Below are positions 57,661 to 64,000 of a DNA stretch of 64,000 bases, piece after piece (within the stretch, counting starts at the first letter, position 1; every line of letters starts with the position of its first letter). The notes under the pieces were generated by a model. The model worked only from the letters and a program-made list of their open reading frames with translations. It was not told where the DNA came from and ran no database searches. The stretch lies in assembly GCF_009914755.1 (NCBI RefSeq), contig NC_060925.1; one strand, 5' to 3'. This stretch comes from the human T2T-CHM13v2.0 reference genome, Homo sapiens. Both the position numbers and the translations under genes were made by a program.

Positions 57661-58258
57661 TCACGCTTTGCTCTCATATTATTCATGAAACTCTCTATAA
57701 AACACTTTCCTTTCTTGGTCACTCACTCACATGCAAGTGGAATACCTCTCTACTCTCACCTGCAACCCAGCGGACCAAGTTCAGCAGGTTAAGTTAATCC
57801 CCCCTTCCTGTTCTGGCACACATTAAGAGCCATTCGCTAACCTCCTGTCTCTCAGTTCCTGGGGATGGACTGGCAGGTCATTTGCTCCTGAGGCCATTTT
57901 GGCCCCTTACAAATGGTTCTGGCTTTTTATCAGATGATCAAGCCCCCAGCGCACGTCTTAGCTCTGTGCTAAAATCAGTAGTTTTAACACTTAGCTTCTG
58001 TGAAAGGGTCACTGGAAATAGAAATCTTGATGTACTACTTTCATTCATGTGCTCATTTAAGTCACAATTCACCGAGTTACCTAGCACTTACTATGTAGCA
58101 AGCAGTAGGCTGTCCCTGGTGATTCAGCACTGAATAAGAAAGACTGAGCCCATCCCCTTTCCAAATCTTTCTCTTCCATGGAGTAAGATCTTAAAGCTTT
58201 TATTGATATTTGAAACTTCATTCCCTTCAGCTTCCTCTAAATATATTTTATTTCATTA

Positions 58259-58504
<246 letters not shown>

Positions 58505-59289
58505 CTACTTGAGAGTCTGAGACAAAAGTGTAACCTTTTATCTCCATGTAAAAGGTCATGCAAACAAAATGACAAACACTCACATACACACTCATTCACA
58601 CACAGTAGCCTGTATTATTTATGATTTGTTTCATTAACAGTTTCCTAAACTCCCAAATTGTCCTCAAAAGTCTTTCCAGATATCTTGAGTCACAGAAATA
58701 AGTAGCTGTCCACTCTCTCTGGATATCAAAAGACAAGGCAAGGAAATATGAAGAGGAAGGCAGATACTAAATGTTCCCTAATATCCCCCAACCTCAGGTG
58801 ATGACAAAACATGACCTTGACTTGCCTTTTAGGTTTACCACCCAAATGTCCTCCAAACATGAATGAGCACCAGGATCATCCTACTTTTCTATATTGCTAT
58901 TCAGACCCTTTACTCTTCCATCTGAATTTTCAATAGTGTAAGAAGTTAGAGACCAAATAGCTTAGAAATAGAATAATCCTCAAGATACTTGTGCCTTTTG
59001 AGCTGGCTTTAAGCCAAGTTGTCAAAGATTTTTAAAAACAATTATAAACCAGAGACACACACACACACAGTGCCTCTTTATGTAAAATATTCAACCCCGA
59101 TGAAAAGATATGGTAGAAGAAAATCCCACTCTGCCACACTGCTAAATTCCTGTCTCAGGAACATTGCATTTATCTCGCAGACTTCTACTTCCCAATTATG
59201 AGTTCTGGAAGAAATGGATTATGAAGAATGAAAGCTAATGGCTAACGGTCATAGCTGTTCAAAGACAGAACTTACATCAGGCTTCATTA

Positions 59290-59478
<189 letters not shown>

Positions 59479-59537
59479 TTATCAACGATGGTAAATCTGA
59501 GATGGAATTTAATTTGTTTTAAGGTTAACTCAGGTCA

Positions 59538-59711
<174 letters not shown>

Positions 59712-60262
59712 TCAAAGATCTCAGTTCCAACTGTTCAACTTCTAAAACGTAGAGGAACATCTGAACATTCTAGAGATCTCTCTAGAACAATTCTGGGATT
59801 GTAGTATTAAAAGGAGGAACAGAATGATGATGCATATGGGAGCATGTAAATAACACAGAATTGTAAAGGCAGCAATCAACTCAATTTGACAATGACAAAA
59901 CAGGTTTGCTACCCAGCCAACAGAAGAGGAGATGAGGAAACAGCACTGAGCACTGAGAAAGTTGCTACACATTATTAATAATAGCACTGGCAAAAGAATG
60001 GCATGAAAGCGAAAGATATGCCATAGTTGCTTTAAAGCAACCAGGGCCCAACCAAGCTTAGCTTTCCCCTGAAGCTCCTAAGAGGTAATAACTTCAGAGA
60101 CAGATTATATCTGATGTCTAGAACACTAAATAAACTCAAGGATAATCGAAAGTATAAGCACTGGAAAAAGAATGTGTTTAAAATTGTACAATCTCAATGT
60201 CAAAAGGCCCTACAAGGTATAAAGACCAGGAAGCAAAATCCCTGTCTCTGAGCATGCAGTCA

Positions 60263-60607
<345 letters not shown>

Positions 60608-61508
60608 TCACCAGGATTATTACCTCCTCTCAAGAGAACAGGCCAATGAACACCAATCACCTACAACAGATCTTCAAAGCAGCCTCATATAGTTAAGTTT
60701 CTTAATACATAAAATATTAATGTCATTAAAAAATAAAAACCCTGCAGTATCAAAGTATGATGGGAAAATTCAAATCTACTCAGTTCTCCAGAACTGCTAG
60801 ATTTCTTTCTCTTACAATAGAAGAGTCATTTCTTAGCAAATTCATATTACCCAAGGACAGTGTTTCCAAAATTGTCTTTCCTTGAGAGACAGCAGGTTAA
60901 ACTCACATTTCTCAGTTCTCCGGGTTGGAGGCACAGAAGCTAACCAAAGCTCTGGGTTGATGGCTCCTCTCAGAGCCTTCCTCCTCAGGGGTCTGAACTC
61001 TCATCTTTTCCATCTACAGAAATTGGCCCAGTTTGTCTCCTTTGGCAATGCCTTTCTTTTATAAGTGATACCCTCTTTCCCCAGATGTTCCCATCAGAGG
61101 CACTCCAAGAACTATTCAACACTTGTCTCACCAACAAGTACAGTACACTTCTCGTGCTGTGCCACACCTGAGGGAGCGAAAACACTAGCAGTCTATTTCC
61201 TGAGGGACTCCCTCACCTCACCCTTTTCCAGCGAGAAGGCTACCCACGCTCCTTCTCTTTCTTAAGTCTTGTTGATCCTGTTAGAGTGACAGAAAAATAA
61301 GTACAAACCAGGGGCCCAGTCACTGGCTTACCCTCGGTTTTGAGTGGCACTTGAGAATTTCTCAGGAGAAACTCTGTAAAATGTAGGTCTAATCTGAATG
61401 CTATCCTCCCTCTACCTTACTTTGCTGTGCTGTTGCTTTACAATGAAAAGCTAACTTATTTGATTCCCTGTCAGCACTGCAATTTCCTTTCCCTGAGAGA
61501 ACAGTTAC

Positions 61509-61643
61509 CTTGTGGCTGTGGTAGGCCGAGCGGCTGGTGTGCAGGCTGGCCAGAAGGCTCTTGGACTGCTGCTGGACACTGGCAGGTGCTGGCAGGGACA
61601 ACAGCAAAGTGGCCAGCTCCTGAGCAGCATTCTTGTTTCTCTC
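61509..61643 (-). CDS. UBR4: UBR4 exon, 135 nt (ERNKNAAQ...YHSHK)
   Basis: tag|...|gtaac, phase 0-0. Confidence 0.95.
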
Positions 61644-62078
61644 CTAAGGCAAAAGACAGCAGGGTTATCACTAACCCCACCAACTCAAGGCAGAATGAAC
61701 TATCTACACTCTGCCTGCCCTTCCTTCCTTCTAGGCCACCAGGGCTAGGTTATGCTCCATGGACTGCAAAGAGAAAAAAAAAAAAGTTTCAGAAATTATA
61801 ATCCTCCTTCTTACCAGAGGAAGACATGGAATCCAAGCTCATGATTCCCAGAACAGTGTTCTTGTACCAACACGCATCCTATTCTGTGACACACGCTCAC
61901 TATGGGCCCGAAAAGTAGGACATAGGCCTTAAGCTGAAGACTTCTCTGGAGCTTCTTAGCAAATCAAGATTATGCTACTATAAATGTTCTTTAGCTGCGA
62001 GGCCTCAGGGCCTCGGGCAACTCCACTGACTTCCTGCCTCTTCAGAAAGCTTCCATGTGCTTTGAAAAAGTGACTTGC

Positions 62079-62142
62079 CTTCTCGATGATTGGGCCAACG
62101 GCAAAGCAGCTTTCCAGGGCTTCTAAAGAACTCACAACCAGC
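62079..62142 (-). CDS. UBR4: UBR4 exon, 64 nt (LVVSSLEALESCFAVGPIIEK) with GC donor
   Basis: cag|...AAG|gcaagt, phase 2-0; joins in frame to ERNKNAA. Confidence 0.93.
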
Positions 62143-63278
62143 CTGGGGAGACAGAAAACCTGGCTTGAGTACAACACCGTTCTCTCCGCCTTGCGCTTTA
62201 GCCTAAGCAAACTATAGTCATGAGGACCTTGGGGACAGCTAATGAATGCCAAATACAAAATCAAAGCACAATAAGACCTGCCACAGGCACCATGCATATC
62301 GTTTCCTACGTTACAGGCCAGGAGAAACCTGGCTCCTGCTCAGAGATCAACCTGAGGCCATGTTCGTAATCCGTAACTCAAAGACAGGGCTTTTCTTCCT
62401 CAAAGAGGATAAATGTGCTTCCTTCTGCTGCCTGTGGCAGGGATCACTGAGATGGGCTTAACAGTCTTGATGCAATGGGACCCAAAGCTCAGCTGCCCAG
62501 AGATCAGTGGGCAAAAGGACACACAAAGGGAAAGGTAAAAACCATCCTCTTATATTGGAAAGTTTAAAGCTATATATGCACAAAGGCATTTCCTAGGAGT
62601 CCCAAGTATGGGGGAGAGAACAAACTATTTTTTAGGTGCATGCCAATTGCCAACATTCAAGGGGTAAATACAAAGCATCTTTAGAAAACTTTTCCCCTTA
62701 GGAAAGGAATAGGAAACCCAACTATTACTATTAAAGGTACCAAGTAACATGCTCCCCAGGGTTTACTCCTTTCAATTTAATGTGGCATAGTAAAAAGAAC
62801 AACATCCTGACAGTTGAAGCTCTGGACAGAGAAAGAAAAGTATTCAGAAGGTAACTGGAAAGAAAGGGGTTAAGGGGTAGAGGAAGGCAATAAAGAACTA
62901 GGGAAGAGGAAACTGAGGCATAAAACAAATTTGGATAGAACGAGCTCTCTAGTGGGTTATCAGATGGTAGGACTTTGCTGTTAATCCCTCTACCCCAAAC
63001 CCCCTTTTCATCCACTTAGAAAGGGAGCAGAGAGGACTAGGGTAAGGAAGAGAGAGTTGAGAGAGTGTCCGACATGGCCAACACCAAGAGTGCACTTACG
63101 ATCTTCCATATACTCCATTTTTACACATGGACAGCTCTGTAGCCATGCAATGACCAGAACAGAAAGAAGCAGGAAGACTCTTCAACAGAAGCAGAATCAA
63201 TGCAAAGCCACACCATTGGTTACACGGCTCTCTGACACACACTCACTCGTGCAGAGAAAAGAAAGAGGGCATACTAAC

Positions 63279-63311
63279 CGGTCCAGCTTGGTTAGGGACT
63301 CAGTTTCAGAA
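63279..63311 (-). CDS. UBR4: UBR4 alternative microexon, 33 nt ((S)SETESLTKLD(R))
   Basis: Long U/C tract ending cccccaag|, donor CG|gttagt, phase 2-2, no stop. Confidence 0.75.
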
Positions 63312-64000
63312 CTTGGGGGAGAAGCAAAGAAAAAAAAAAAAGGAAAAAAATGTGAAGCTCAGAGAAACCCGGAAACACATCCTAAGCAAACCATGTATGG
63401 ATAGGGCATCGGGGAAAAAGAAAGAGAAAGGAAGGGAGGGAGGAGGCTGGTGGTGGGAGGCAGTGATTCCAAGCAAGGCTATTCTTGTGACTTACAATGT
63501 AAGAAACTCAAAATCTTACATCATGAATTATAATATTTCATCTACCATGGCAAACCAGCAGCTACCTAGCACAAAGAAGCCAAGCACAATGCTTAAGAAT
63601 ATGCCACTGTAGGGAGACTTAAGGAAACTCTAGACTCTGCTACAAGAGGCAGCAGACAGCCTCTCTTGCTGGCAATGTTATTATCACAGAAGTAGCTACG
63701 CAGAGAAAGATGATGAAAAGATGATGAGCTCAGAATGGAAGGGAGGATGTTTTCCTATCATTTCAGCAAGCCTGGATCCTAATCTAGAATACTGGCTTGA
63801 GCATCGTCTAGCCTGTGGCCTCTGGCTACTCTAAAGGGTACCTGAGCATTATTAAGAGAAGGGACAGAACTTCTGTCCAGGGAGAGACTCTGGTGTCAGA
63901 TGACTCTGAGCACATTTTTCAGGCTTTGCACGCTAAAGAGACACTGAATGTGGGCGAGTTGTATGAAAACTTAAAAAAATTCCAGGCTAGCCTTGAGATG

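Overview
Primate (human or human-like) genomic DNA. The whole window is an internal segment of UBR4 (p600/ZUBR1, a giant N-degron E3/E4 ubiquitin ligase), transcribed on the minus strand. I reconstructed 51 consecutive coding exons from 62142 down to 231 by locating splice sites and checking phase. They total 7257 nt and form one uninterrupted frame of about 2419 codons, roughly residues 2477-4896 of the canonical protein (numbering from recall). The encoded segment runs from an acidic/Ser-rich linker with a UIM-like motif, through a Cys-rich Zn module and the calmodulin-binding segment, to the hemi-RING Zn finger. Neither the promoter nor the 3' end is in the window. Introns carry Alu, L1, L2, MIR, Charlie1 and MER33 remnants plus microsatellites. 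I found no convincing second gene, RNA gene, CRISPR array or new biological system. The most interesting structure is a splice-variable region at about 52-63.3 kb. It holds a 33-nt microexon with UGC and Rbfox motifs, an 84-nt GC-donor cassette exon encoding a Cys-rich/hydrophobic GxxxG peptide, a constitutive GC-AG intron, a symmetric 105-nt exon, and several further in-frame or PTC-producing cryptic splice sites. I recall the first two cassettes as annotated isoforms; the others are predictions.
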